DNA of 64,000 nt, taken from assembly GCF_009914755.1 (NCBI RefSeq), contig NC_060926.1. The stretch is one strand, 5' to 3'. Below the pieces are notes generated by a model. The model ran no database searches. It was not told the DNA's origin and was given only the letters and a program-made list of their open reading frames with translations. Shown here one piece after another: positions 13,856 through 28,767 of this stretch. The first letter of the stretch is position 1. Each line of letters begins with the position of its first letter. Source of the stretch: the human T2T-CHM13v2.0 reference genome, Homo sapiens. A program made the position numbers and the translations under genes.

Positions 13856-16800
13856 CAAAGAGGTCCTCTCTAAGGCACATTATAAGCAAAATGTTAAAAG
13901 TCAAAGACAGATACTTTTTAAAGCAGCAAGAGAAAAGCATTCAGTCACATATAAATGACTTTGATACCCACTTTTGACAGTGAATGTATTAACCAGACTA
14001 AAAACTAATATGAAAGTAATGAATTTGAATTGCACTTTTTACAAAAGAGACCTAACAGATATACACAGAACTTTCTATTCAAAAGTGGCAGATTACACAT
14101 TTTGTTTATTCAGTGAGCATAAAACATTCTCCAGAATAGACCATATGGTAACTCACAAAACAAGCCTTAACCAATTTAGGAAGATTGAAATTATATCTAC
14201 AATTGTTTGAATTACAAAGTTATGAAACTAGAAATCAATAACAGAAGGAATCTTGAAAAATGAAAATGAAATAACATGCTCATGAACAACTAATGTGTCA
14301 CAGAAGAAATTAAACGGGAAATTTAAAAATATCTTGAGACAAATAACAAAGGAAACACAACATACCAAAGCCTATGGGATGCAGTAAAAGCAGTTCTAAG
14401 GAGAAAGTTTACAGCAATAGATGCCTACATTTAAAAAGAAGAAAGGTCCCAAAGAGATAGTCTAACATAACACTTTAAATAAGTAGAAAAAATAAAAACA
14501 ACCTAAACCCCAAATTATCAGGAGGAAGGAAATAATAAAATTCAGAACATAAATAATTCAAATAGAGAACCAAAAAACCATATAATCAACAAATCTAAGA
14601 GTTACTTTTTTTGAGAAAGTAAACAAAAGTAATAATCCTTTGACCAAGGAAAAACACGTGAAAACTCAAATAGAATAAAAAGAAAGTGAATAAATTACAA
14701 TAGACATCTCAGAAATTAAAAGGATCATAAGAGACTACTATTAACAATTATATGCCAACAATTATATGCCAACAAATTGGAAAACTTGAAGAAAATAGAT
14801 AAATTTCTAGAAAAATACAACCTACCAATATTGAGCCAGGAAGAAATAGAAAGCATAAGCAGACCCATAAGAAACAAAAGTATTAAAAAAAAAAATCAAA
14901 ACCTCCCAACAAAGAAAAATGCAGGACCAGATGATTTCACAGCTGAATTCTACAAAACTTAAAAAAAATTATACCCATATTTTTAAAAGTCTTCGAAAAA
15001 ATAGAGCTAGAGGGAGTACTTCCAAACAGTTTTTATGAGGCCAGAATCACCTTGATGCCAAAACCAGACAAAGTTATCATAAGAAAATAAAGTTACATTC
15101 CAATTTCTCTGGTAAACATAGATGAAAAATTATAAATGAAATATTAGAAAACCAAATCCAATGACACATCAAAAAGATTATACATCATAACCAAGTGTGA
15201 TATATCCTTGGCATGCAAGTCTGGTCTAAACTAGGAGAGTCAATCAATTTGATACATCATATTAATTCAATGAAAAATCAAATCACATGACCATCTCAAT
15301 TAATGCAGAAAAAGCATTTGACAAAGACCAATATCCCTTCTTGGTAAAAGCGCTCAGCAGTTAGGTATAAACGAAAATTTTCTCAACATAATGAAGGCTG
15401 CATATAAAAAACTGACAGTGAACATTACAGTCAATGGGGGAAAGCTGAAAGCTATTCCACTAAGATTCAGTCCAAGGAAAGAATGCACACAGAGTGGCAA
15501 GAGAAAGAAAAAGAAAGTTGGAAGCATCAGACTTCCTGATTTAAAATTATTCTACAAAGCTATAGTAATCAAATCAGTATATTACTAGCATAAAACAGAC
15601 AATAAACCAGTGCAACAGAATAGAAAACCCAGGAATAAATCTAAACATACACAGTCAACTAATTTTTGACAAGGGCATCAAGAAGACCCAATGGGGAAGG
15701 GATAGTCTCTTCAAAAAATGGTGCTGGCAAAACAGGATTTCCACAGGCAAAAGAATAAAACTGGACTCTTATCTTACCTATTATTTTATCCTAAACAACA
15801 ATCAACTCAAAATGGATTTAAAAACCTAAATATAAGATCAGAAACTATAAAATTCTCAGAAGACAACATAGGGAAAAAGCTACTGAAGATTGGTCTTGGT
15901 TATTATTTTTTGGATATCACATTATAAGCTCAGTCCACAAAAAGAAAAACTAAATAAATGAAAATACATTAAACTAAAAACCTTCTTCACAGCAAAGGAA
16001 TTGACGAAAGGAAATGGCATTCTATGGATTGGGAAAAAATATTTGCAAACCATATATCTAATAGATGATTAATATCCAAAATATATAAAGAACATGTAAA
16101 ACTCAATACTGGAGAATAAAAACCCAATTAAAAAATAGGCCAAATATCTGAATAGATATTTTTCCAAAAAAGACAAAAATGACCAACAGGTACACGAAAT
16201 GGTGCTCAGCATCATTAATCCTAAGTGAAATGCAAATCAGAACCACAATGACATATTACATCATACCCATTAGAATAGTAATATTGTTTGGCTCTCTGTC
16301 CCTTCCCAAATCTCATGTTGAATTGTAATCCCCAATGTTGGGTGAGGGGCCTGGTTGGAGGTGATTGGATAATGGGGTGGATTTCCCCCTTGCTGTTTTT
16401 GTGATAGTGAGTTCTCATGAGATCTGGTTGTTTGGAAGTGTGTAGCACTTCTCCCTTTGCTCTCTTTTCCTCCTGCTGCCCATGTAAGACATGCTTGCTT
16501 CCCCTTTGCCCTTTCAGCATAATTGTAAGCTTCCTGAGGCCTTCCCAGAAGCAGAAGCCTGTACAGCCCATAGGACCATGAGCCAAGAAAACCACTTTTC
16601 TTTATAAATTACCCAGTCTCAGGTATGTCTTTATAGCAGTGTGAGAATGGACTAATACAGATAGCTATTATCAAAAAGTCAAAAGTAAATGATGGTGAGG
16701 GTGTAGAGAAAAATCAACTCTTGTACACTCTTGGGAATGTAGATTGGTATAGCGATTATGGAAAATAATATGGAGGTTTTAAAGAAATTGAAAATAGAAC

Positions 16801-17471
16801 TACCATATGGCCCAGCAATCCTTCTTCTGGGCATTTACACAGAGAAAATGAAAATTTTCACCACATAAAGATATCTACACTCCCATGTTCATTGCAATAT
16901 TACTTATAATAGCCAAGATATGGAAACCATCTAAGTGTCTGAGGACAAACTAATGAATAAAGAAACTGTGGTACAATGGAATAATATTCAGTCCTAAAAT
17001 GAGAATGTGATGTTGCCATTTCCCACAATGTGGATGAGTTTGGAGGACATTATGCTAAGTGAAATACATCAAACACAGAAAGAAAAATACTGCAGCATCT
17101 TATTTATATGGAAAATTGAAAAAAAATATTTCCACACAGTTACATAGCAAAAGAGTGAATACCAGGAAGGCAAGAAGAGAAAATGGAGAGACATAGGGTC
17201 AGAGAAGGCAAAGCAGCAGATATGTAGGATGAAAAGTCTCAAGATTTAATGGGCAACATGAAAATTGTAGTTAATAAAATTATACTGCATATGGGAATTC
17301 ATGCTAAATGAGTAGATTTTAGCTAATCTTGCCACAAAAACAAAAATAGGTAACCATGTGAGATGATAGACATGTTAATTTGCTTCACTGTAGTAATCTT
17401 TTTACTCCCTGTATATATGCCATAATATCATGTTGATACCTCAAATACATACAGCAATTTTTCAAAAAAAA
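13856..17471 (+). mobile_element. L1MA (L1MA8-like) LINE-1 with internal deletions, interrupted by MSTA
   Basis: Short ORF1 piece, then ORF2 remnants (track ORFs 13974-14210, 14777-14962 and 15391-15588 are L1 ORF2-like). 3' UTR gcagatatgtaggatga...gagtagattttagct...gtgagatgatagac. Short A tail at 17464-17471. Confidence 0.88.
16279..16659 (+). mobile_element. MSTA MaLR solo LTR
   Basis: Starts taatattgtttggctct...cccaaatctcatgttgaattgtaatcccc and ends cccagtctcaggtatgtctttatagcagtgtgagaatggactaataca. 5-bp TSD AATAG/GATAG. Confidence 0.92.
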
Positions 17472-18111
17472 TTGACATATATTAAAGAGGGCAGAAGTTT
17501 GTTTTCAGGGATTTGAATCGGACCCCCCTATAGGAAATTTATTTGTAAGAGATCAGAAAAAAAGAAAGTACATTATAAGTCAAATATATCTTAAAGTATA
17601 GTTCTCAATTTTTATACCAAATATAAGATAGAGCCAATTATCATTCATCTATATATTTTGTTGTTTATAAATGTTGAGAGAAATTTTATTGACCCATAAT
17701 GAAGGAATAATATCTTGCCCTAGCTCTGAAAAGTAAATCATTTAACAAAATGAGAAAGGTTGCTTGAGAATACATTATGCCCAAAATTTCCACTTCCAGA
17801 AAATAACAATGATGACATTTAATCTTTGAATATTTATGTTGAAAAGCCTTTCAAGTATTTTAAGGAATCTGCTTCTGAAATTCTTCAATATGGATTAATA
17901 ATGAGTAGGCAAATGGGAAACTCAGTACATGGTGATAGGACTAAACAAATGAATGTAAAGTATGAAAATGTTTTATTCACACATAGTTTACAATATTTAG
18001 CACCACGTACTACAAATCTCAATAGACTTTTCTGTAACTTAAATTAATTTTTCAAAAATCACTTTGATGCTACATTTCTCTCTTTTGCTTAGAAGTAAAA
18101 TAAGTTGTTAC

Positions 18112-18531
18112 CATCTTTTCAATAAAACACAGATCCCCAGACAATTGCTTAGCCCTCTGTAATTTACAACCTTTCTGAAGAACTCCAAAGCTGCAATCCA
18201 TTTTGCCAAGGGGTTACTGCAGTCACAGCTACTGGCAGTTCTCCAAGCCATATAGGCGAGCACAGAGCAGAAGGCTAGATCTCCAAGGACCTGAACAATC
18301 TCCTTAAGAATTGAGTGTGTTGGCTGTACAATCCTCATCTGAAAAGTTCAGACAGTGACCATGAAATCCCCTGGGATTTTATTCTCCATCATCACTTGCA
18401 GGACTCAAATACATTCCCACTGGCAAGGCAGGCAGTGCTCCGGTGTTCTAGTAACAAACAAAGGGAATCTGGCCTTGATTTTGGTTAGTCGCTATTTTAA
18501 GTCTTCCTTCTATTCCAAAGCATTTGAGAAT
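18112..18531 (-). other. Candidate non-coding exon (alternative acceptor at 18338)
   Basis: Minus-strand acceptor gtgtattttttacAG at 18533-18532 with a CTCAC/ACTAA branch-like motif upstream. Second acceptor ctgaacttttcAG just before 18338. Moderate donor ATG|GTAACA at 18112/18111. The segment is less AT-rich than its flanks and has no recognised repeat. Confidence 0.25.
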
Positions 18532-20624
18532 CTGTAAAAAATACACACTTTTAGTGAGTGTGGAAAATAAAACATGTATGTATAATGTCTCAATATTTCG
18601 AAGGTGCTAATATTTGGAAATTTCAACCATATCATCAATGTGTGTTTACAAAGTCATGTCTTTGTTCTCTTAACAGAGAACAGTTACCTTTGAAAGTGAC
18701 CCGTGACAGTGAAAATTAATCATTTAGGGGAGAATATAAAGTGCAATAATGAATTTAATAGTAGCTACTTCAAGTTGGCTCTGTTTCAAACCAAACACAA
18801 AAAAAGAATCAGTTTTCTTTTGATCTCTTGCTCTGCTTTTTTAGAAAAATAGTTAGGGAAATGGGTTTTATATTTTCATAAACACTGCTAATATTTTCTA
18901 CTTTTTTATAGAAATGCATAAGGTTAAGGAACTCATTTGTTGTTACACTATTGAAATACAAAAATAAATAAATAAAATTATTCAAACTCATAGCTAATTT
19001 CAAAATGATTGCAAACTGAATGCCAAAATAAGGAGGTAACTCTTCGCATAAAAAAGGCTAATCATGGTTAATTGTTTTCCTATTTATTCTGATGATAATA
19101 GTCATTATAAACTCATTTGAAGTATGCAGATGTAATATGCAATTACCGCAAAACTCAGGTTTCCAAAACTCAAACAGAAGACTAAGACAGTATTCAGCTC
19201 TGTTTATTGGTAAGGCTGCCAACCTGTTTCATTTTCAAAGGGAAAATAAGTGTGTAGCTGTAGTTCAATCTTGTTTACATGCACGTATTTTCTCTTCATG
19301 TGTGCTGTTATGATGCCTATAGTCTAAATCAATCTGTTTATTTTTGTACAAAGCAGTGGGTGGCTGTCACTATTGTCTGGAAAATTTCAGAAAAAATGGG
19401 GTTCAAATCACAAAGCGTTTTAATTCCAGGTCATTTTTGTCTTGTAGTTGAAAAATATGATCCACTGCACATTGTAAAACACACAAAGGCATGTAGTCTT
19501 CCTATGAACAAGCTTGGGGAATTTGTTGTACATTTTGTTAAAAAGTATCACATATTAAAGAGGGCAGAGGTTTGTTTTCAGAGAGTATGTACTAAGAACT
19601 TCTTCTAATGTGAGTATGTGCTTAGATCTTTATACAAAAAGAAGTTGAGAGTCCCTCTGTTTCAGATATAAGATGAAGTTACGGAGTTGACTTTTGACCT
19701 TCACATAACTTGGCACCAAAAAAAAAAAAAAACACTGTGGCTTGACACATTCAATCTGTAGATTCTACAGCGTTTAAAATAATAGTAGGAGGATAAGTTC
19801 TTATAGAATTCTGTGAAAAGGAGTGCCAGCTCCCCCAGGGAGTAGTAAGCTTTTCATTAAGGCTTTTCTCAAAATAACAAGACAGGCCTATGCTACTATT
19901 TCTTTATATTGGAAGAACATGCTATTCAAACCTGTTCCTCTTGCCTTTGCCACTGTTACGATCAGTGTGCTTTCCCGGGCAGCCTTAACTTGTTGCCAAT
20001 CACTTCAGTAATCCTTTTCTTAGCACACAAAACTTTCTCTACATAAAAATGTGTTCTAGTCTCCTTTATCCCAATAAAGAGTTTCTACCTGCCCACTTCC
20101 CTCTCAGACTTCAAGTTTTTCTGCTCTCATTCACCACTGAAATGGAAATCAATTAACTTCCAGTATCACCTCAATGAAAATTAATCCTAATTGCTTCTGA
20201 TTTTGACCTTTGCTTCCAATTGCTTCCCAGGAAACACGATATTTGTTTCTCTGAATCTTTTGAGTCAGTCAGTCCAAAATTCAGCTGATCTTCACTCTCA
20301 AATTCCTTTATGCATGTAGTTTAGCACATACTCTGTATAATGGAGCCTCGGAGGGAAATGCTGAGAAAATTGCAAAGCCTTTTTTTCTGACATTCTTGAG
20401 TTGCAGAACCAACATCAGCAACCCTCTAAGTTAATAAAAGGAAAAGAACCCCTGGAAATATACAACACTGTAGCTAAATGCTAATTGCAAGCAGCTGAAC
20501 AGAACCTCTAACTACTACACTACTGATCCCCAAATTAAAAATCATTTCAAGAAATAAAACTGTTTAACACAAAGTAGATATTAAAATATTAGTAAAGTAA
20601 GACCATATCCTGCTCTACAAAATA

Positions 20625-20993
20625 TAGGCAGTTTCTGACTTAAGATAGATAGACATATATGCGGTTTTTCAACTTTGCAATAGTATGAGAGTCATACACA
20701 TTCAGTAGAAACCGTTCTTCAACGTATACAAAAATCATTCTGTTTTCACCTTTAATACAGTATTCAAGAAATTACATGAGATATTCCACAATTTATTATG
20801 AAACAGGTTTTGTGTTAGATGATGTTTCCCAACTGTAAGCTAATGTAAGTGTTCTGAGCACATTTAAGGTAGGCTAGGCTAAGCTGTAATGTTTGGTAGG
20901 CTAGGTGTATTAAAAGCATTTTCAACCTACAATATTTTCAAGTTATGATGGGTTTGTAAGGATATAATTCCATCATGAGGCAATGAGGATCTG
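20625..20993 (-). mobile_element. MER47A (TcMar-Tigger) DNA transposon fossil
   Basis: aagctaatgtaagtgttctgagcacatttaaggtaggctaggctaagct core, degenerate terminal inverted repeats, TA on both flanks. Confidence 0.88.
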
Positions 20994-22467
20994 TAGTCAC
21001 TTGGCATATATTGAATTTTGTAATAACAAATTGAAAATACAAATGGAGATAACTTCTAAAAAATAAAAGCATCTTGACATTTTTCATACCATCTAAAAAA
21101 AACCAGATAGTTTATTTGCAAAATTAGGGTTATTCAAGTATTTCCTCTCTATTAAAAAACAGTTCAGTTTAATGTGATCTTTTCATTAAAAATTACTAAA
21201 TATTTAAAGGTTAATTTAAAATTTAACCTCATTAATCAATGCCTTTTGTCCAAAATTCTTATACCATCAAATATCATTTGCTTATCTTCTAACTTTTCTG
21301 TGACTTAAATGTGAATGCACTTGAATGGAAAGTCCAATAAAATTTCTAAACATAATCTTTTAATTCTAAACAGTTTGCAATATGCATTTTGGTTAATGGT
21401 TTCAATATAAAACTGTCTAACAGCTCTGATGGAAGGTATGGCTGAAGAAATAGGGTAAATTATTTAGATACTAAAGTGCAGGGGAAAAAAGAGCAATGTG
21501 TGTCTCAGGCATTGAAAATAAGTTTTGTCTTTGTCATTATTTTCTCTAGAATTATAATCAATAGTGTCAGGTGAATTCATAAATCAAATCAATTAATCTA
21601 TTAAATGAAAGCCATAGGACATAGAAGGGTCAAAACTATTCATCTGAGAGGTTTCTCTGCCTTATAGAACATGACTCTGAGTTGACTTACTGAGGAGAAA
21701 GTAAACTTTCATGCTTATAAACATAAATTGTAAAATTGGCCTTACCTAACCCCCAAGGAAATCACTGAATAATCACAGTAAGAAATGAAACCCACGGGAG
21801 ACCATTAACAGCTTAAAACTTACAGTTTATGTGTTGAAATTCATTCTGTTTAAGAGAATAGAGTAGAAATGCTGCTATTTCAATAAAAAATTCATAATAT
21901 TAAAAATGCAAAGGTGTGAATTTTATAATATACAAGTTAAGTATTACATACAAATATTAAGTATAGGGTGTGGTTATTTTGGTCAAGCTCTCCTTTAAAT
22001 CAAAAATGATACTTTTCACATGACTTAACCAACAGCTTTTATCACCTCACAAATAATATAGCAAGAATATTAGAATTGACATAATTATCACATTTATAAA
22101 TAATAATAAATTCACACGTTAGATTGGAAGTAGAATTAGAAAAATGTCATGAAATAGTCTGATGAAATGGTCAGCAAATTTAAACTTTCTGGATTTCTTT
22201 GGGTATAACTAAATTGATAGAAGGCATAAAGTCTTATTTTCCATTAAAGACAGCAAGAAAATTTCTAGCCATGAAAAAATGACAAATTAAATATCACTTC
22301 AATAAAGTCAGAATATGGTGAGTATATTAGTTTTGCTACAAGGGACAGAAACTCTATTTTAATGAGAATACAGAAAAATTATAAGTGTATAAAATTTAAT
22401 AAAATATAACAACCACCTCAAAAATATTGTGGAATGAAAAGATATACAACTGGACTCCAGAATTAGA

Positions 22468-23590
22468 TATCATGTTGGTGAGGATGTGATAACAAAGAAC
22501 CCTGGTAAACTGTGGGAATATAGATTGGTGCAGCCATTATAAAAAACAGTGTGAACATTTCTAGTGAAATTAAAAGTGGAACTACCATATAATCCAGCAA
22601 TCCCTCTTCTGGTATTTTACCCAGAGAAAATGAAATTACTACCTCAAAAAATATCTCACTCCCATATGTTTGCAGCATTACTCACATAGCCGAAATATGT
22701 AAAATAACCATTTGTCTGTCAACAGATTAATTGATAAAGAAACTGTGGTACATATATACAATAGAATATTATTCAACCCTAAAAAGAACAAGATCTTGCC
22801 ATTTACCACAACATAAATGAGCATAAAGACATTATATTAAGTGAAATAAACCAAATACAGAAAGAAAAATATAGTTGTTTTTTGTATCCCTTGGTACCCA
22901 CAGGGAACTGGTTCCAGGACACCCTACAAATAACAAAATCTGTAGATACTCAAGTCTCCTATCTAAAATGGCATAATATTTTCATATAACCTATGCACAT
23001 CCTCTTATTTACCTTAAACCATCTCTAGATTACTTATAGAGTAAAATGTAAATGATATGTAAATAGTGTTATTGTGTTATTTTTATTTGTATTATTGTAT
23101 TATTTTTCTTTTTTTTCCCAAATATTTTCAATCCATGTTTGGTTGAATCCATGGATGCAAAACCTCCAGACAGGGAGGGTTGACTGCATTGCATGATGTT
23201 ACTTGTATGCAGAATCTAAAAAACATTTCAAATATAATATATAGAGACAGAGACAGAGCAAAACAGTAGTTACTAGAGTTAGTAGGGGCAGTGGGGACAT
23301 GGGGAGAAAATTGGCAGATGTCAGTTAAAGGATCCCAAGCTGCAGATATGTAAGATAAACAAAGCTAGAGATATAGGGAACAACATGAGGACTATAGGTA
23401 GTAAAATTGTACCATATATGAGACTCATGCTAAAAAAGTAGATTTTAGCTTCCCTTGCCACAAAATAAACAACAAAAAAATGGGGAACTACGTGAAATGA
23501 TGGATATGTTTATTTGCTTCACTATAGTAACCTTTTTACTATCTCTATGTATTTTAAAACATTATGTTGTATACAATAAACACTATAAAA
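22468..23590 (+). mobile_element. L1MA (L1MA8-like) 3' end, interrupted by MER2
   Basis: End of ORF2 plus the same type of 3' UTR as 17100-17470 (gcagatatgtaagataaac...gtagattttagct...gtgaaatgatggatatg). Confidence 0.88.
22872..23186 (+). mobile_element. MER2-family (Tigger) DNA transposon fossil
   Basis: ggttccaggacaccc...atataacctatgcacatcctc...tctctagattactta...ggttgaatccatggatgc...gagggttgactg. L1 sequence resumes after it. Confidence 0.88.
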
Positions 23591-23632
23591 ATTATAATAT
23601 AGAAGATTCAGATGACCCAAATAATACTAATA

Positions 23633-23986
23633 TAGTTATGCACTGCATAATGACATCTTGGTCAACAATAGACTGCAATACAATAGTGATCCAGTAAGTT
23701 TATAATACCATATTTTTATTGTGCCTCTTCTATGTTTATATATATTGAGATATACAAATATATTTAGATACACAAATACCATTGTGTTACAGTATTCAAT
23801 ACGGTAATATGCTGTACAGGTTTTTAGCCTAGAGGCCATAGGCTATACCATATAGCTTAGATGTGTAGTAAGCTAGTCTATCTAGGTTAGTACAAGTATA
23901 CCCTGATTCTATGATGTCCACACAAGGACAATCACCCAGTGACACACTGTTCAGAATGAATCTCATTGCTAAGAGATGCATGACTT
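23633..23986 (+). mobile_element. Tigger3a (MER7-type) DNA transposon fossil
   Basis: Termini tagttatgcactgcataatgac and gagatgcatgactt. Internal atgctgtacaggttt...taggctataccatatagc. TA flanks. Confidence 0.88.
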
Positions 23987-24195
23987 TAATGATGAAACAG
24001 GATAATTAGAGGAGAGGCTATAGGATTTTAAAGAGTCTCTCTTTTGAGGAAGAACTAGGGTGACATTCGGAAGGTTGTGTGCCTTGCAGACTGGATGATG
24101 TCATGAAGACGAAGAATTTGAATGAGGCTCTATTTAGGAGAGAGTTTCTGGGTCTGCTAAGCTGCTAGTTCTCCCATGGCCTGTGTGTAGAAAAT

Positions 24196-24634
24196 TGTTA
24201 TGAATTGAGTTGTCTCCCCTGCAATATAAGTTGAAGCCCCAACCTTCAAGATCTCAGAATGTAACCTTTGGAAATAGGGTTTTAATCAAGATAAATGAGA
24301 TCATTAGTGTGGGCCCACATCAACATGACTGGTGTCCTTGTAAATAGAAGAAGTTTGGACACAGAGACAGACATGCACACAGTCTATGTGAAGATGATGG
24401 CAGAAATCAGGGTGATGCACCTACAAGCCAAAGAACACTAAAGATTGTCAGTAAACCACCATAAGATACAAGAGAGGCATGGAACAGACTCTCCTTTATA
24501 GTCATCAGAAGGAACCAACAGTAGTGACACCTTGATCTTGAATTCCTAGCCTCGAGAACTGTGAGTCAATAAATTACTGTTAAGTCAACAGTTTGTGGCA
24601 TGTTATGGCACTATAGTAAGGAAATAGAATAACA
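24196..24634 (+). mobile_element. MLT1C MaLR solo LTR
   Basis: tgttatgaattgagttgt...gactggtgtccttgt...cacctacaagccaaagaacac...ggcatggaacagactctcc...gacaccttgatcttg. Confidence 0.88.
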
Positions 24635-24799
24635 AATTATGTAATTACATTTCAGTGTTATCTTGCTTGTTTTGTGCGTTACCATCACTGCCTGGAAAAA
24701 TCCATGCATGGAGAAATAGCTGATGCTCACTGTCCTGCTACCCTGTTAATATGGACTTGATTGGAGTTTGCTCTACCTTATCTTTACATCATGGATAAG

Positions 24800-25140
24800 T
24801 AGGGAGTCAAAATACATTTGATTTTAGTTATGTTTCTCACTAGCTCTTTAACACTGAGTAAATCTTGTAAAATTTGAGTATTGGTTTTCCTATTTATAAA
24901 TTATAAATTAGGAAGATAAAAAGATGCTTAATGTAGGGGACATGTCAGGATTGTTTTGGTCACTTAAAAAATACACATACCTAGGCCTCAGCTCTAAAGA
25001 ATAAAAATCAATAGTTGGAATTCAGACATCTGTATTTTTAAGAAGCGCTTACAGTTAAACATATTGACAACCCTTCAATGAAGACCATTAGATTTAATAT
25101 CAAAAATTGTTCTCAGCTCCAATTTCATTGATTCTATGAT
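24800..25140 (+). mobile_element. MIR remnant with a MER5-like insertion (about 24940-25090)
   Basis: Degenerate MIR core (ggttttcctatttataaa) and tail (ttgattctatgatt). MER5-like ttaaaaaatacacatacctaggcc...catctgtatttttaagaagc. Confidence 0.45.
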
Positions 25141-26851
25141 TATACCGTTGTGTCGTAAGTGATATAGACAGAAGTAGGAGCGAGAGTACTCAGAAAAAGA
25201 AATTCATGTACTTATCGACAAAAAATATTTAATGTAAATAGGATTGTAAGCAGCCTTATACAGATGAACAGAGATCTGGCACAATGACCTAGAAAGCTAT
25301 ATTTTTAGTTTGGAGCAATAGCTAAAATTCAGAATTCTTATATTTCATAATATTTTCTTCCATAATCTTCCAGAAGGAGGATGTTTGCTGTTTTGTGGCA
25401 TTGGCAATTTTAATATGGCATTGACATATTTTCTAATTACCCTAATTTCTTTTAAACAATCATATATTAAAAGCAGCAAGTTTATAAAAATCTTAGCTTG
25501 ACAAATATGAGTTCTTTCCTTAAATGCTGAGGGCTGCAAAATGAAATTTAGTACATGTGAGCTCCTAGAAGCTATTTACCACTTTAACATTTAACAGCCA
25601 TACATTAACATTTAAAAAGTCATAAAAAATTTACATCTATAAGTGATTTTACTTAATACGTTAGCCATATGCTTTCTATGCAATAGAAGGGGAACAGCAC
25701 TAATAAAATGTATACTGAACTCAATAAAACTAATTTATACAACTAGAGCTCACTTGATGATTAGAAGGCAAATTATAGGTTATATGTGATGGTTTTATCT
25801 GTTGCTAAAAATTATTCTTGCCACATTGCCCCCAGTGATTAGGAGTGACCCTCTGACTGGAGGCAGAGGTATGGATGGGATGACCTTTCAAAGTTGCTTT
25901 GTGATGACCATTATTAATTTCAAAGCAACATTTAGTAAATGGTAGAATAAGCCACAGATCTGAGAATTTAAACCATTTCAAGTTGAAATAATTGGGGCAT
26001 AGTTCTTTTTTTCATTTTTTTTAACTCAGCATGTCTTTTTATGAAATATAAGATAAACAAATCAACAATTAATTTTGTGACAACAGTATAGAGAGGAAAA
26101 CAAAATCCTCAAATGAATAAAATAATGAGAATAAAATAAATCAGTCTTACACAATTTATCTACATCTTTCTCCTTTGAAATTGAAATGCACCCTGGTAAG
26201 TCATAAGAAAGCAGAATAATATGTAACTCCAAATTTCATCCATGTAGCATCCTAGTGTACAAATCCATTTTCAGTCTTTGAGAATTTTGTATCATTTCTG
26301 TGAGGACTGATTAACAAAAGAACAAAATAATTTGAAATAGAAAATGGAAGCAAAGCAGATGGCAATAAGATAGTGAGGATTGTTATAGTACAAGTTTAGG
26401 AAAGAAGAAAAAAAATGGTAAGAGGAAAGTATTCCTGAGCTTTAGCTCTGCTCTGTGATGCTGAAAGAAACAGAGCTAGGGAGACAGAAACCAACAACTG
26501 AGGAGTCGTATAAGCAGAAAGACATTAAATCCCAAGTAGAGAAACAGACACAGGGGAAAAGCTTTTTATAATGTTTAGTATCTACAATAGATACATTTTG
26601 AAGTGTTTGCTTGATATAATAGTGAATTGAGTATCAGACATAAGCTATTACAGATTGGTGAGTAGAAATCACTAGTAGAACAATTATTATTAATTTCAAA
26701 TGTAAAATTTGCCCAATATGTATTAATAATTTAGAACTATTATTTTATTTTAGTATATCAAAACTACACATACTAATGGATTTTATATGTTTACTCTTAA
26801 CCTGAGTTTCCAAAGTTTTTAAATAAAATATATTTATTACCTCATAGAAAT

Positions 26852-27512
26852 AAACTGTAACTCTCACATATTGATGATGGGAGGGCAAAATGGTACTATT
26901 TCTTTGAAAAGAATTCAACAGTTTTGTAAGTAAAATTAAAGCTATACTTACCATATGATCCAGACCTTCTACTGTTAGGTATTTACCCAAGAAAAATGAA
27001 ATCATTTGCTTACACAGAAACCTGTACATGACTATTTACAGTAGCTTTATTCATAATAGCCCCAAACTGGGAACAACCCAAATGTCCATCCACTAGTAAA
27101 TGGATAAGCAAATTGTAACACAGCTGTACAATGGAATACTATTCAACAATAAAGGAGGATCAACTATTTATACATGCAAAAACATAAGTGAATCTCAAAA
27201 GCATTATGCAAAGCAAAAGAAACCAAATGCAAATGCAACATACTTTATGATTTCCTTTATGTGTCATTCAGGAGAAGACAAACTTTAGGAACAAAAACCT
27301 GATCAGGAGTTTCCAAGGGTTTGGGGTAAGGAGAGGGAATTGGCTACCAAAGGCACATGGGAACTTTACTGGGATGATGGAAATGTTCTATATCTCAATT
27401 GTTATGGTGGATACACAATAGTACACATTACTAAGAGCTCATTTAAGTATATACCTAAGGTTGATGAATTTTATTGCATATAAATTATAATACAATCAAC
27501 TTGAATTTTTTA
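26852..27512 (+). mobile_element. L1ME-type LINE-1 3' end
   Basis: ggtatttacccaagaaaaatgaaa...tttattcataatagccccaaactgggaacaacccaaatgtccatc...ggatgatggaaatgttctatatct. Confidence 0.85.
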
Positions 27513-27544
27513 AGAAATATGTTACATAAATAAGAAAGTAAGGA

Positions 27545-28767
<1,223 letters not shown>

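Noticed and set aside
13974-15927. ORFs with endonuclease/RT-like peptides as genes
   Set aside because: They are pieces of one decayed L1 ORF2.
17509-19551. Processed pseudogene flanked by 30-bp TSDs
   Set aside because: There is no poly(A) or poly(T) at either boundary and no recognisable coding remnant, and the repeat is longer than usual L1 TSDs.
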